A DNA stretch of 64,000 bases from an uncultured Gemmatimonadales bacterium. GTDB lineage: Bacteria > Gemmatimonadota > Gemmatimonadetes > Gemmatimonadales > Gemmatimonadaceae. The notes beneath the pieces were generated by a model. It worked only from the letters and a program-made list of their open reading frames with translations. It ran no database searches and had not been told where the DNA came from. The first letter of the stretch is position 1. Every line of letters starts with the position of its first letter. Shown in pieces: positions 53,359 through 63,554 of the stretch. The stretch spans positions 320,001 to 384,000 of the forward strand of contig CAWKMU010000003.1 of assembly GCA_963850905.1 (NCBI GenBank), read 5' to 3'. The position numbers and the translations under genes were made by a program.

Positions 53359-54378
53359 CTAGGCCGCGAAACTCCCGAGCGCGCGCCCTACGTCGCCCTC
53401 TCGGAGGCGCTTGAGCGCGCGGTCTCGCAGTTGGCGCACGCGCTCGCGAGTGACGCCCAGCATGGCCCCGATCTCCTCGAGCGTGTGCTCACGCCCGCCT
53501 TCGAGACCGAAATACAAGCGGAGCACCTTCGCGTCGCGCGCAGGGAGCGTGCCGAGCGCCTGCTCGATCTCATCGTTGAGGAAACGATTCATCGCTTCCT
53601 CTTCGGCGTCCGGCATCTCATCAGCGACGAAGCGCTCGATGAGCGAGCGGTCGCCTTCGGGGTCCATCGGCGCGTCGAGCCGTACGTCACCGGTGTTGAG
53701 TGCGGCGAGCGACTGCACCACGTCCACCGACAGCCCGGTGAGATGCGCGAGTTCCTGCGGATTCGGTTCGCGCCGGAGCTTCTGCCGAAGGATCTCGGAG
53801 GCCTTGATGATGCGCGAGAGATCGGCCGTTCGGTTGAGCGGCACACGCACCGTCCGACCTTGTCGGGCGAGCGACGAGAGAATCGCCTGTCGAATCCACC
53901 ACACGGCGTACGAGATGAACTTGACGCCCTGGTCCGGATCGAACTTGCGAGCAGCGGTGAGCAGCCCGACGTTGCCCTCGCCAATCAGATCAATGAGTGG
54001 CAGTCCCCGGTTCTGATATTTCTTGGCGACGGAGATGACGAAACGGAGATTCCGCTTCACGAGCTCCTGGAGTGCGTCTGGATCACCCGCGCGGATCTTG
54101 CGCGCGAGGTCCAGCTCCTCAGTGCCCTTGAGGAGCGGATACGTGCTGACTTCGTACAGATACTGGTCGAGAATGTCGCGTTCGGGCTCGCTCGGAGCGA
54201 TCCCGGAGGGCGTGGTGGCCCCGCGACGGCGGCGCACCGTTCCCTTGACCGGAATCGGGCCGGTAGTCCCCGGAACGGGGACGAGTTGCTCGGCGGTGAC
54301 GACGGGCTTGGCGGGCGCGGTCATCGGGGAGCGGGACGAGGGACCTGGCTTCTCGAGCTGCTGCTGCAGTTCGGGCAT
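53359..54378 (-). CDS. sigma-70 family RpoD/SigA-like sigma factor lacking region 1.1
   Basis: NLRFVISVAKKY, DLIGEGNVGL, KFISYAVWWIRQAI, TLEEIG...TRERVRQ. Confidence 0.93.
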   Translation of the reverse strand: MPELQQQLEKPGPSSRSPMTAPAKPVVTAEQLVPVPGTTGPIPVKGTVRRRRGATTPSGIAPSEPERDILDQYLYEVSTYPLLKGTEELDLARKIRAGDPDALQELVKRNLRFVISVAKKYQNRGLPLIDLIGEGNVGLLTAARKFDPDQGVKFISYAVWWIRQAILSSLARQGRTVRVPLNRTADLSRIIKASEILRQKLRREPNPQELAHLTGLSVDVVQSLAALNTGDVRLDAPMDPEGDRSLIERFVADEMPDAEEEAMNRFLNDEIEQALGTLPARDAKVLRLYFGLEGGREHTLEEIGAMLGVTRERVRQLRDRALKRLREGDVGRALGSFAA

Positions 54379-54677
54379 GTTGTGGGAGTCCTGGCTATGC
54401 GATCAAGGGGGCGAGTGAAGCGAGCGAGAGTACGTCGAGACGAGACAACGGCGACACGCAATCCTTCAGTTGTCAGAACAGGCCATCGGAACACCGAGGC
54501 GGACAAAGGTCATCACATCCCGCAATTATCGAGCGAACGTGACGGGTACCAGCAACACGCCACCACTACCTTTGGTCGACCGCGCACGCGCACAACCGAG
54601 GCCGGTCTGTCTTCTGCGCGTGGTCCAAGAAATCGTGCAAATTATCGGCCGAGAAGATTTTCGCTAGACCCACTCGA

Positions 54678-54706
54678 TTGACACCCGACATACACACGGA
54701 TACGTT
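54678..54706 (+). promoter_or_regulatory. sigma-70-type promoter pointing at the tRNA cluster
   Basis: TTGACA (54678-83), 17-bp spacer, TACGTT (54701-06). Confidence 0.6.
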
Positions 54707-54906
54707 CAGAGGTTCCGTTGCGAAAAACCGTGCGCGCGTGCCAAAAGTCGTGCCGCGGCGCAGCGCTCCGACCGGGACGACAGCGGGGCAGCGCCCACTC
54801 GGCGGACTGAGGTACGCTGCCGGCGATGCGAGGGGCGCAAGACCAAGGCGTGCTCGGCATGCGCGGACAGGCCTTGGGCAAGGAACGAGCGACAGAGAAT
54901 GCCCGG

Positions 54907-54979
54907 GGGGGCGTAGCTCAGTTGGGAGAGCGCGTGAATGGCATTCACGAGGTCAGGGGTTCGATTCCCCTCGCCTCCA
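54907..54979 (+). tRNA. tRNA-Ala(GGC)
   Basis: GGGGGCG/CGCCTCC acceptor with G3:U70, CGTGA-ATGGCAT-TCACG, TTCGA; CCA not encoded. Confidence 0.96.
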
Positions 54980-55079
54980 TTTCCCGGGCGCGAGTGGGAT
55001 CGGTTGTACGACAGCGGGTGATCGTCATTGGTCCGGTCCGCCAAGCAGAACGGTTGCAGTAGCGGGAATCGGGGATCGG

Positions 55080-55198
55080 GTAGGGGCGACGCGTGCGTCG
55101 CCCGGTTCCTGGATCGGCTGGCAGGGGCGACGCAATGCGTCGCCCGCCGTCGGTTCGGTCAGGCAAGGGGTTGGTAGGGGGACGCCGATGCGTCGCCC
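55080..55198 (+). repeat. three REP hairpins between tRNA-Ala and tRNA-Val
   Basis: Copies at 55080, 55121 (GCAG variant) and 55174 (degenerate). Confidence 0.8.
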
Positions 55199-55208
55199 GC
55201 GGCAAGAC

Positions 55209-55282
55209 GGGCGGTTAGCTCAGTTGGTTAGAGCGCCACGTTGACATCGTGGAGGTCAGATGTTCGAGTCTTGTACCGCCCA
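55209..55282 (+). tRNA. tRNA-Val(GAC), T-stem with two mismatches
   Basis: GGGCGGT/ACCGCCC acceptor, CCACG-TTGACAT-CGTGG; T-stem AGATG/CTTGT. Confidence 0.9.
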
Positions 55283-55341
55283 TTCCCGCACGCGATCGCC
55301 GCAGGCCCAGCTACATTTGTTTATCTCAGGTTCAGCTCCAA

Positions 55342-55415
<74 letters not shown>

Positions 55416-55467
55416 TCGTTGTGGTTATTGTTTCCGGTCCATTGCGTCAGCACTACAGCACTACCCT

Positions 55468-55541
55468 CGGGGCGTAGCTTAGCCCGGTAGAGCGCCTGCT
55501 TCGGGAGCAGGAGGTCGCTGGTTCAAATCCAGTCGCCCCGA
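55468..55541 (+). tRNA. tRNA-Pro(CGG)
   Basis: CGGGGCG/CGCCCCG acceptor, CCTGC-TTCGGGA-GCAGG. Confidence 0.96.
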
Positions 55542-55948
55542 CTGGCCGCTTCGCGGCTTCGTAGAAAGGAGAAAGGTGAAAGGAGAGAGGAGACAACGGC
55601 ACCGCCTACGCGCGGTCATCGTGTCTCCTTTCTCCTTTCTGTAGGTCTCCTCTCTCGGGCGCGCCAGCGCCCGCGGCGTGGTCACAGCACGGATGTGAGC
55701 GCGCGCGCCGTATCCGGCGCCGGTCAGTGCGCCAGCGTACGCGCGCCGCGCAGGGTACCAAAACCGCCCGTCAGCCGGTAGAACGGCCGCGACAGGACGC
55801 GACCAGGCGCTGCCGTCGACACGTGCTCGCCCTGACAAAGCACGGGGGGTATCCTTCCCACCCAGCGCGATTCACAGGTGGCGCGCACACGCCCGAGCGT
55901 CGCTCGGACAGCGCGTTCCTCGATGGCCAAGACGACCAGAGATGGACC

Positions 55949-57619
55949 GTGGAAGTGATCTCACCTGAGCACGACAAAGCCGAGGCAACAGTGGAACGCC
56001 GCGTTCACGCGGCGGATCTGCTCGACGTGCTCGTGGCCCACGTGAAAGAGTATGCGATCTTCGCGCTGGACCCCGACGGGCAGATCCTCAGCTGGAACGC
56101 CGGAGCCGAACGACTGAAGGGGTACGCAGCCGGCGAGATTATCGGCCGGCATTTTTCGACCTTCTATCCGGCGGAAGATCTCGCGGCCGGGAAGCCGGCG
56201 CGCCTGCTCGATCTCGCCATGGCACGAGGTCAGATCGAGGACGAAGGCTGGAGGGTGCGGAAGGATGGATCGCGCTTCTGGGCAAACGTCCTCATCACGT
56301 CCCTCCGGGACGACGATGGGCAACTGCTCGGCTTCACGAAGGTCACGCGAGACCTCACCCAACAGCGCGTGGCAGCGGACGAGCTCCGTCGAAGCGAGGA
56401 GCGATTCCGGCTCCTCGTCCAGAGCGTGAAGGATTATGCGATCTTCATGCTCGATTCAACCGGCCACATCGTCACGTGGAACGAGGGCGCGCAGCGCATC
56501 AAAGGCTATACGGCCTCCGACATCATTGGCAGGCATTTCTCGGTGTTCTACCCGCAAGCGGATATCTCGGCCGGCAAACCCGAGCGCGAGCTCGTGATCG
56601 CGACCGACACGGGTGAGTATAAGGAAGAAGGGTGGCGAATCCGAAAGGATGGGTCGCTCTTCTGGGCAAGCGTGGTCATTACCGCAATACGCGACTCCCA
56701 GAACCGGCTGACTGGCTTCGCGAAGGTCACGCGCGATCTGACCGAACGCCAGGCTGCAATCGAGCGCATGCTGGCGGATGCGAGTTCCATCGAGAATGAA
56801 GCAGCCGCACGCGCCGTGGCTGAACGGCGCAGCCACGACCTGCGAGAGCTGGCAGACCGCCTCCGAGCGTCTGCGACCGAGCTTGAAGAGCGCAGCCGAG
56901 AGGCCGAAGCAGCCAATCGAGTGAAGACCGAGTTCCTCGCCGCAATGTCCCACGAGCTCCGGACTCCACTCAATGCGATCGCCGGGTACGCACAGCTTCT
57001 GCAGCTCGGCGTGGGCGGTCCCGTGACTCCCCAACAGCTGACACACCTGGAACGCATCCAGCGCAGTCAGGAGCATCTGCTGGGCCTCATCAACAGCATT
57101 CTCAACTTCAGCCGCATCGAGGCTGGACAAATTGTTTACGACAGTCACCCCATCAGCATCAAGGAGATCGTGCAGGCGGTCGCTCCGATGGTCGCTCCAC
57201 AAGCCGAAGCAAAGCAGGTCAGGTTGACGACTGGACGCTGTGCATCCGACGTCCTGGCCCAGGGCGATCGATCCAAGGTCGAGCAGATTCTCCTGAACCT
57301 GCTCTCCAATTCGGTGAAGTTCACGCCGCCCGAAGGGACGATCGTGATCGAGTGGGGTGGTGAGCGCGACCACACCTGGCTGCGTGTACGAGATTCGGGA
57401 ATCGGTATCCCGGCGGATCAGCTCGAAGCTGTCTTTACACCCTTCGTGCAGGTCGGGCGGAAGCTGTCGAGTCCCCAGGAGGGCACGGGGTTGGGATTGT
57501 CCATCAGTCGGCAACTCGCGCGTGGCATGGGCGGGGACCTGGTGGCAGCCAGTGGCCCGGAAGCTGGCACCACTGTCACCCTGACGTTGCCGATAGCGAC
57601 CAAGGCAGCACTGTCCTGA
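55949..57619 (+). CDS. cytoplasmic double-PAS sensor histidine kinase (start approximate)
   Basis: Two YAIF.LD..G.I..WN.GA..KGY...GWR.RKDGS.FWA repeats, MSHELRTPLN, NLLSNSVKF, DSGIG, GTGLGL. Confidence 0.92.
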   Translation: MEVISPEHDKAEATVERRVHAADLLDVLVAHVKEYAIFALDPDGQILSWNAGAERLKGYAAGEIIGRHFSTFYPAEDLAAGKPARLLDLAMARGQIEDEGWRVRKDGSRFWANVLITSLRDDDGQLLGFTKVTRDLTQQRVAADELRRSEERFRLLVQSVKDYAIFMLDSTGHIVTWNEGAQRIKGYTASDIIGRHFSVFYPQADISAGKPERELVIATDTGEYKEEGWRIRKDGSLFWASVVITAIRDSQNRLTGFAKVTRDLTERQAAIERMLADASSIENEAAARAVAERRSHDLRELADRLRASATELEERSREAEAANRVKTEFLAAMSHELRTPLNAIAGYAQLLQLGVGGPVTPQQLTHLERIQRSQEHLLGLINSILNFSRIEAGQIVYDSHPISIKEIVQAVAPMVAPQAEAKQVRLTTGRCASDVLAQGDRSKVEQILLNLLSNSVKFTPPEGTIVIEWGGERDHTWLRVRDSGIGIPADQLEAVFTPFVQVGRKLSSPQEGTGLGLSISRQLARGMGGDLVAASGPEAGTTVTLTLPIATKAALS

Positions 57620-57631
57620 TCGGCCAAAGCG

Positions 57632-57664
57632 CTTCCGCGACGCGCGCGCCACGCGTCGCGGAAG
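57632..57664. terminator. 13-bp GC hairpin between convergent genes
   Basis: CTTCCGCGACGCG-N7-CGCGTCGCGGAAG; no clear U-tract. Confidence 0.45.
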
Positions 57665-57742
57665 AACGAACTGCGCTTCGTCATCGAAACCAGCCGCACG
57701 CGCATCCCTCGGGTTCCGAGCGGGCGCGCCCGCTCACCGCGG

Positions 57743-58891
57743 TTATTGCTTGTCGCCCTTGTGCGGCGGTTGCTGCTTCGCTTTCAACGCCTGCAACTGT
57801 TGCGCGTGTTTTTGCGCCAACTGCTGCGTTTGCTGCTGATGCTGCTGCTCCAACCGCTGCGTGGTCCCAGCATCAGCGTTCTGTTGCTGCAACCGTTGGT
57901 GGTCCTGGTCCTGCTTCTTTTGCAGCTGGACTCGTTCCTGGTTCTGTTGTGCGAGCAGCTTTGCTTGCTGATCCTGGTATTGCTGGTCCAGCTTCGGATT
58001 GCCCGTGTTGGGGGCAGCAGGGTGCTCGACAGGCGGCAGGTCGTTGGGATGCACCGCCGTGTTGGCGCGCGAGCCGTTGTTTTCTGCTAGAGCAGGCGAC
58101 CCATGCATAGCACCCGCGCCTGTCGCCGCCACAACACCGGACTCACCGAACGCCCCAGGTTTGGGCGTCGCGGCGATCGGCGGCTTGCCCTGGTTCGCCG
58201 AAGCCCGTAATTGCGGGTTCGATTGAGCAGCCCGGACGTGCTCGGTTTGCGCAGCGACCGGGGGAAGGTGTCGCTCCTGTGCAGCAGTCTGCTCGTCGGA
58301 TGTCGGCCTTGCAGTGATCCCGCCGTTCCCGCCGTTGTAGCTCACGCGAGTCGTCGTGTTATTCACAATCGTTGTGTTATTCACAACCGTTGTGTTGTAC
58401 ACGTTGTGAACGACAGTCACGTCCACATTGTTGACCGAGCGGTTGTAGGCGAAGTGTCCGTTGTCCCAGCGCCCGCCTTCATACCCTTGGCCCGGGTAGC
58501 CGTAGCCGTAGTTGATGCCGCCGTAGAACCCGACGTGCTCACCCCAGTAGCCCTGATGAAACACGTATCCGTTGCCACCCCAACCCCAATATCCCGGAGT
58601 CCAAAGGTAGCCGACTTGTGGCGCCTCCACCCATGTGCCAGGTACCCAGTAGTAGTCCGCACCACTCCAGGCCCAATAACCGGGCGTCCAGACATACCCG
58701 TCGCCGGGACACACCGGCTGCTCGTAGACCGGTAGGTCGGGCGGGGCGGTGGCGATCACGACGCTCGCCGAGCTGTAGCTGGGCGCGACATCACCGTCAG
58801 GCGGCGGGCCCGCGTACGAACTACAGGCGGCGAGTGCCACGAACGCGAACGAGAAAGTGCCCATCGCCGGGATCGTACGCGTGCGCATCAT
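57743..58891 (-). CDS. YXWGXW-repeat lipoprotein with Gln-rich C-terminus
   Basis: Lipobox LAAC; YVWTPGYW, YYWVPGTW, YLWTPGYW, FHQGYW; Q-rich tail. Confidence 0.85.
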   Translation of the reverse strand: MMRTRTIPAMGTFSFAFVALAACSSYAGPPPDGDVAPSYSSASVVIATAPPDLPVYEQPVCPGDGYVWTPGYWAWSGADYYWVPGTWVEAPQVGYLWTPGYWGWGGNGYVFHQGYWGEHVGFYGGINYGYGYPGQGYEGGRWDNGHFAYNRSVNNVDVTVVHNVYNTTVVNNTTIVNNTTTRVSYNGGNGGITARPTSDEQTAAQERHLPPVAAQTEHVRAAQSNPQLRASANQGKPPIAATPKPGAFGESGVVAATGAGAMHGSPALAENNGSRANTAVHPNDLPPVEHPAAPNTGNPKLDQQYQDQQAKLLAQQNQERVQLQKKQDQDHQRLQQQNADAGTTQRLEQQHQQQTQQLAQKHAQQLQALKAKQQPPHKGDKQ

Positions 58892-59155
58892 CAGTGCTCC
58901 TGCCCGATCAACAGGGCGCTCGAGATACCTCTCCTTGGACACCGCCAATTCCGATCCGGTCGAATGCTCAATATTGCCGTTCCAAAGCGGCCATCGCTCG
59001 GCTTCTAGAGGGTGACGCCCGACCTGCGCTGACGTTAAGCATGACACGTGCCTTCGCCACATGCGAAGCCGCACTGGGCTCAGGGATATCGGAGCACCGA
59101 GAAGGTCGCCGCGCTCCGGATCATGACAATCCTGTTGTTCGGCGACTGGACCGCA

Positions 59156-60412
59156 CTATGCGAGGCCCGACGACTCGGCGATCGGCAGGCGTCCAGTGCC
59201 ATGGGAGCGGAGCCAGGTCCGACCTTCTTTGGGGTCGCGGCCGCCCAGGAACTCGCCAATCGGCGCGAGCACTGCGATGTGGTCGCAGAGGATCTTGAAC
59301 GCCGCCAGGAGTGGTACGGCCAGCAACGCGCCGGCAATACCCCAGACCCACCACCAAAAAGCGAGTCCGACAAACAAGGCCACCGGATTCAGCGTCAATC
59401 GCCTGCTCATTACGAGAGGGCTCACCAGGTTGCCTTGCACGAAATTGATCGCGACGAGAAGGCCCGGCGCCGCGAGTGCGTGCGGCAGACTGGCGAATGT
59501 TGTAAGCCCGGCGACGGCGAGCACCGCGACGGCGACCGCCACGCCGATATAGGGAATGAACTCCAAGCAGGCGACCATGGCGCCCCACACGTACGGCGTC
59601 GGCAGGCCGAGCGCCCACATCGCGAGCGTCACCACCGCCCCTTCGCCCACATTGATGGCTGCGGTCGTGAGGAGATAGGTCGAGATCGACGACTCGATCG
59701 CGCGGGCGATGCTCACTGCCTTGCGCTTGTCTCCCAGCTGGGGCAGCACCTTGACCATTTTCTCGAGGAAGAAATCGCCCGCCGCCAACAAGAAATACAG
59801 CAGCACGACCACCTCGATCGCGCCTTCCGCCAGCGCCTGCGTCGTGCCAAAGAAGCGAGCGGCGAGCGTCGGGCCCTGGACGACCACTTGCGGGGCCGCG
59901 GTTGGCGCGTCGACGACGGTGACCCGTTCGACTTGGTCCGCGGCCCTCGTGACTTGGCCGACGGGCCGCGCGAGAACGCGGAGCCGCGCGCCGGCCTTTC
60001 GCATCGTGTCAGGAGCGTGCGTGACCCAGCCCTGAACGGGTCCTGCCAGCGCATAAATGGCCACACCCGTCACCGCGATGAGGGACAGCACGAGCAGCGC
60101 TGCCGCCGCGGGAGCCGCTATGTGCACCTTCCCCAACGCGCGGATCAGTGGGCTCAGGAAGAACATGAGCAACAACGCGAAGGCCAGTGGAAGCAGGAAG
60201 GCTCGCGCAAAGTAGAGGGTATAGAGCACCGCCAGAACTGCCAAGACGGTGACACCCGCCACGATCACCTTGGGTGTGTCGGCCGTCAGCCCGTTGTCAG
60301 CGTGCTTCGACGAGTCAGGCTGCGCGCCATCAGCAGTACCGAGTCGCGCCTGCCGCAGCGCCGGGCGCGACGAGACCGTTTGGCTATCGTCGGACTCGTC
60401 TCTCGTCGCCAT
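59156..60412 (-). CDS. AI-2E family transporter
   Basis: Multiple TM helices; FIPYIG, GNLVSPLVM...LNP, WGIAGALLAVP. Confidence 0.9.
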   Translation of the reverse strand: MATRDESDDSQTVSSRPALRQARLGTADGAQPDSSKHADNGLTADTPKVIVAGVTVLAVLAVLYTLYFARAFLLPLAFALLLMFFLSPLIRALGKVHIAAPAAAALLVLSLIAVTGVAIYALAGPVQGWVTHAPDTMRKAGARLRVLARPVGQVTRAADQVERVTVVDAPTAAPQVVVQGPTLAARFFGTTQALAEGAIEVVVLLYFLLAAGDFFLEKMVKVLPQLGDKRKAVSIARAIESSISTYLLTTAAINVGEGAVVTLAMWALGLPTPYVWGAMVACLEFIPYIGVAVAVAVLAVAGLTTFASLPHALAAPGLLVAINFVQGNLVSPLVMSRRLTLNPVALFVGLAFWWWVWGIAGALLAVPLLAAFKILCDHIAVLAPIGEFLGGRDPKEGRTWLRSHGTGRLPIAESSGLA

Positions 60413-60699
60413 GCATACCTCGGGGTGTGGCACATAGGCGATGCATCCCAAGCGATGCTCCGCCATGTCGATCGACAAGACGCTCGCACGCGGCCACCTG
60501 CTACCGATCGACGCGCGCCGTAATCGCGACAGGCGACGGCGTCCGCACGCCGGGGCCAGAAGGGCATTTCCTGTGCCGCCTAAATCCGACGCCTGTTACG
60601 TCGCTTCCGGCGTACCACGACGGCCGGCGTACGCCGGTCTCCTTTCACCTTTCGCCTTTCTCCCCTCTACGAAGCCGCGAAGCGGCGAGTCGCGGCGAG

Positions 60700-61260
60700 T
60701 CACGGGCGCCAGGTCGTGAACCCAGCAGCAGACTCGCGCTTTCTTGGCGGTGGGAGCTGTGCCACCTCGCCCACGTTGACCACAGCCACGATGCGCTCGC
60801 CCTCACCGACACCCGCAGCAGTGCGCGCCGCCGCGTCGCCCATGATGCCGCCGGTCTTGATATGGGTGCCCAACCCGAGCGCGACCGCGGCCAGGGACAG
60901 GTTCTCGACCGCCATCATCGCGGCGGCGTAGTCCTCCTCACGTGTCTCGAGGTTGTCGCTTTGAACAATGGACACGGCGATCATGCAGGGCAGGTCCCTG
61001 TGCTCAGCCGCCACCGTCTGGCGCAGCGTGCGCGCGGCCTCGGCGTGCTCGAGCTTCCGTGCCTTCCGTTCGCCGAGCGCGAAGCCGTAGGCGTACCGGG
61101 ATTCAGGGCCCAGGACGTAGAAGCGCCAGGGCCGCGTGAGCCGATGATTCGGCGCTAAGACCGCCGCGTCGAGTAGCGTCTCGATCTCCTCGCGGGAGAC
61201 GGGACGTTTCGTGAACGTCTTGATGGAACGGCGATCTTGGATGATGTCGGGAATTGGCAT
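60700..61260 (-). CDS. nitroreductase family protein
   Basis: RRSIKTF, APNHRLTRPWRF, ENLSLAAVALGLG. Confidence 0.9.
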   Translation of the reverse strand: MPIPDIIQDRRSIKTFTKRPVSREEIETLLDAAVLAPNHRLTRPWRFYVLGPESRYAYGFALGERKARKLEHAEAARTLRQTVAAEHRDLPCMIAVSIVQSDNLETREEDYAAAMMAVENLSLAAVALGLGTHIKTGGIMGDAAARTAAGVGEGERIVAVVNVGEVAQLPPPRKRESAAGFTTWRP

Positions 61261-61367
61261 GGAGGCAAGCTACCGGGCGAGCTAGCCCACATGCGAGCGC
61301 GACGTCGTGGCCGTGGCCGCCTTTCTCGCTGGCGCTTCGCTTTGCTCAGGCGACGCAGGCGTCGCCC

Positions 61368-61934
61368 CTACGCCGCGATCTCGTCGTTCGGTGCCGCCAG
61401 CAGCGCGCGGATACCCGGCGCCAGGTGCGACTGCTCCGACTCGAGGTAGTCCACCAGTCGTCCGCGACGACCATCATCGAACGCCACGACGGTGTGGGCG
61501 AAAAACGCCTCGGAATGCGTCTGGAATCCGGCGGCCACTGCGGCCAACGCCGAGTCGAGCCACTGCACGAGATGCCACCACGCGACCCGCTCGGCGTGCT
61601 CCAACTTCCGCGAATCGTAGCCGCTCGCCGGGATTCGCTGCGCAGACCCCTCCCCAACGGGTTGAGGCTCATGCTGTGGCCGCGAGGAAGGCCGCCCGAA
61701 GAGGCGGTCGTACACGCGGCGCACGTCGATCGGCAGCTGGACCGCCACCTCGTGCGCCGCGGTCGGCGTGCTGTCCGGCACGACGAAGCTCACCGTGATC
61801 CTGCCGCTCGTACAGTCGCGCGCGTAAGCAAATCCCTTGGCACCATGGCGCCGGAGCACCTGCTCGACCTCGACGCGCGATTGCTCCCGTGACTCGCACG
61901 GGCTCGCTGCGGGCTGGGTTGGATCGGTAGGCAT
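61368..61934 (-). CDS. hypothetical protein resembling a conserved phage-associated family; bracketed by REPs
   Basis: SRVEVEQVLRRHGA, HAERVAWWHLVQWL..AL.AV.AG.....EAF.AH; REPs at 61349-61371(-) and 61964-61988(+). Confidence 0.6.
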   Translation of the reverse strand: MPTDPTQPAASPCESREQSRVEVEQVLRRHGAKGFAYARDCTSGRITVSFVVPDSTPTAAHEVAVQLPIDVRRVYDRLFGRPSSRPQHEPQPVGEGSAQRIPASGYDSRKLEHAERVAWWHLVQWLDSALAAVAAGFQTHSEAFFAHTVVAFDDGRRGRLVDYLESEQSHLAPGIRALLAAPNDEIAA

Positions 61935-62258
61935 ACGACTCGGGTAATGGGTCGGTTGGACCGATAGGGGCGACGCTTTGCGTCGCCCGTTGTTGTCGTG
62001 GCGGTGGCGCGCCGAGAGCTCGGCGAAGACGCCTTCATCAAGAGCAATCGCAAAGGAGGCCGCGCACCCGACAACCACCTCCGAACGTGCCATTGCGTTT
62101 TGGTACTGGCCTCCGACCCCTGGCTCCTGCCCCCGCCGTTTAGCCTTGGTAACAATCCAGCCACGCCTGCAACATCGCGTGCAACAACTCGGTCGCGCTG
62201 TTCTCTCCGGCGAGCAGAAGGCAAGCGGCCCGCCGGCAAAGCGCTATGCTCTGGGTCA

Positions 62259-63554
62259 ATGACGCGAGTCGGACTCGAGCTCGGGACCTCCCGTGTCCGA
62301 GCGGTCGTGCTGCCGCCGGGACTGCCACCGCGCCCACGGGTCGTCGATGTGCCCTACGGCGCCAACCGCCTCGATGAGGCGCTCGCCGCCCTGCGACCAT
62401 ACCTCGGGAAACCGCGACGCATCGCGCTGGCGATCGATCTCCACCTCCTCGCCGTCAAGCGTCTGACACTCCCGGCGGTCCCGGCGCAGGAGCGGCGGAA
62501 CATCATCCGACTCGAGCCCGAGCGCTTCTTCGCAATCCGCGACGAGGATATCGTCGCTGCCGTCCGCGCGGACGACAACCTCGTGTTCGCCGCTACCGCG
62601 TCTGCGCTGGACCACTGGATCGAGCTGATCGAGGCCGTTGCGCCCATCGACGTCATCGAGCCGACACCGGTCGCGCTGGCCCGGGCACTCGCGACCGTGC
62701 CGATCGCCGACGCTGCCGTGCTGTTCGACGACCACGCTGCAGGCCTGGCGCTCGCAGTGATTGAGCGGGGCCGTGTAACGCGCGCGCGCCGCCTCTTCGG
62801 CACCCTTGCGCAGAACGTCCCAGCACTCGCCGCCGAAGAGCTCGCGAGCCCCCGCGTGGTGCTGTTGGACCCATGGAACGACGAGCGGCGAGCTGCGCTC
62901 GAGGCGCTGGGACTCGGCGCGTCGATCGGACCGGTGCCGGAGCTGGAGCGGTGGGGCGGCGCCATCCCCGGGCCATTCGCCACGGCCTTCGGGGCTGCCC
63001 TGGCACTGGAGCACCCGCCAATCACCACCGACATGCTGCTCGCTGGGTCGCACGAATCCCGCATCCGGGCCCGACGGATCCGCGGCGGGGCGGTGTCCAT
63101 GGCGGCCTGCACTGCCGCGCTCTGCTTCGCAATCTCGTCGCTCGCGGATCGACAGGATCGCGCGCTCCGCGACCTGGACGCTGAGACTGCCGTGTTGAGC
63201 ACCCGGGCGGCGCCCGCACTCGCGATGCAGACGGAGCTCACGACGCTCGATCGCCGCGCCGCGGCCGTCCGCACCGTCGCGGGCGAGCGCCGCGATCCAC
63301 TCCACGTGCTTCGGGCGTTGTCGGCCGCGCTTCCCGCCGGAGCCTTCGTACGCCAAATCCGCGCGACGGGTGCGGATTGGCAGGTCGATGGCTACGCGCC
63401 CAACGCGTCCGCGGTGCTGACCGCACTTGGCACGGGATCCGATTTCCGTGACGTGCACTTTCTGTCGGCCACGAGCCGAGCGCAGATCGCCAACAAACAA
63501 TATGAAAGCTTCGCTCTCGCTTTCCGATTTGGCGCGACGCCTCGAGCCCCGTGA
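62259..63554 (+). CDS. GspL-like / PilM-PilN fusion-type protein
   Basis: VGLELGTSRVRAV actin-like start, TM helix, coiled coil, LSAALP..AFV...VDGYA...F.DV.F PilN domain. Confidence 0.75.
   Translation: MTRVGLELGTSRVRAVVLPPGLPPRPRVVDVPYGANRLDEALAALRPYLGKPRRIALAIDLHLLAVKRLTLPAVPAQERRNIIRLEPERFFAIRDEDIVAAVRADDNLVFAATASALDHWIELIEAVAPIDVIEPTPVALARALATVPIADAAVLFDDHAAGLALAVIERGRVTRARRLFGTLAQNVPALAAEELASPRVVLLDPWNDERRAALEALGLGASIGPVPELERWGGAIPGPFATAFGAALALEHPPITTDMLLAGSHESRIRARRIRGGAVSMAACTAALCFAISSLADRQDRALRDLDAETAVLSTRAAPALAMQTELTTLDRRAAAVRTVAGERRDPLHVLRALSAALPAGAFVRQIRATGADWQVDGYAPNASAVLTALGTGSDFRDVHFLSATSRAQIANKQYESFALAFRFGATPRAP

Noticed and set aside
59048..60523. Long antisense ORFs (also 62256-63779, 53431-54681, 21629-22651, 56456-57652 and others)
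   Set aside because: Arg/Ala/Pro-rich shadow frames typical of high-GC DNA, opposite well-supported genes
55468..62250. Intact prophage or integrative element at tRNA-Pro
   Set aside because: No integrase, structural genes or repeated tRNA 3' end visible
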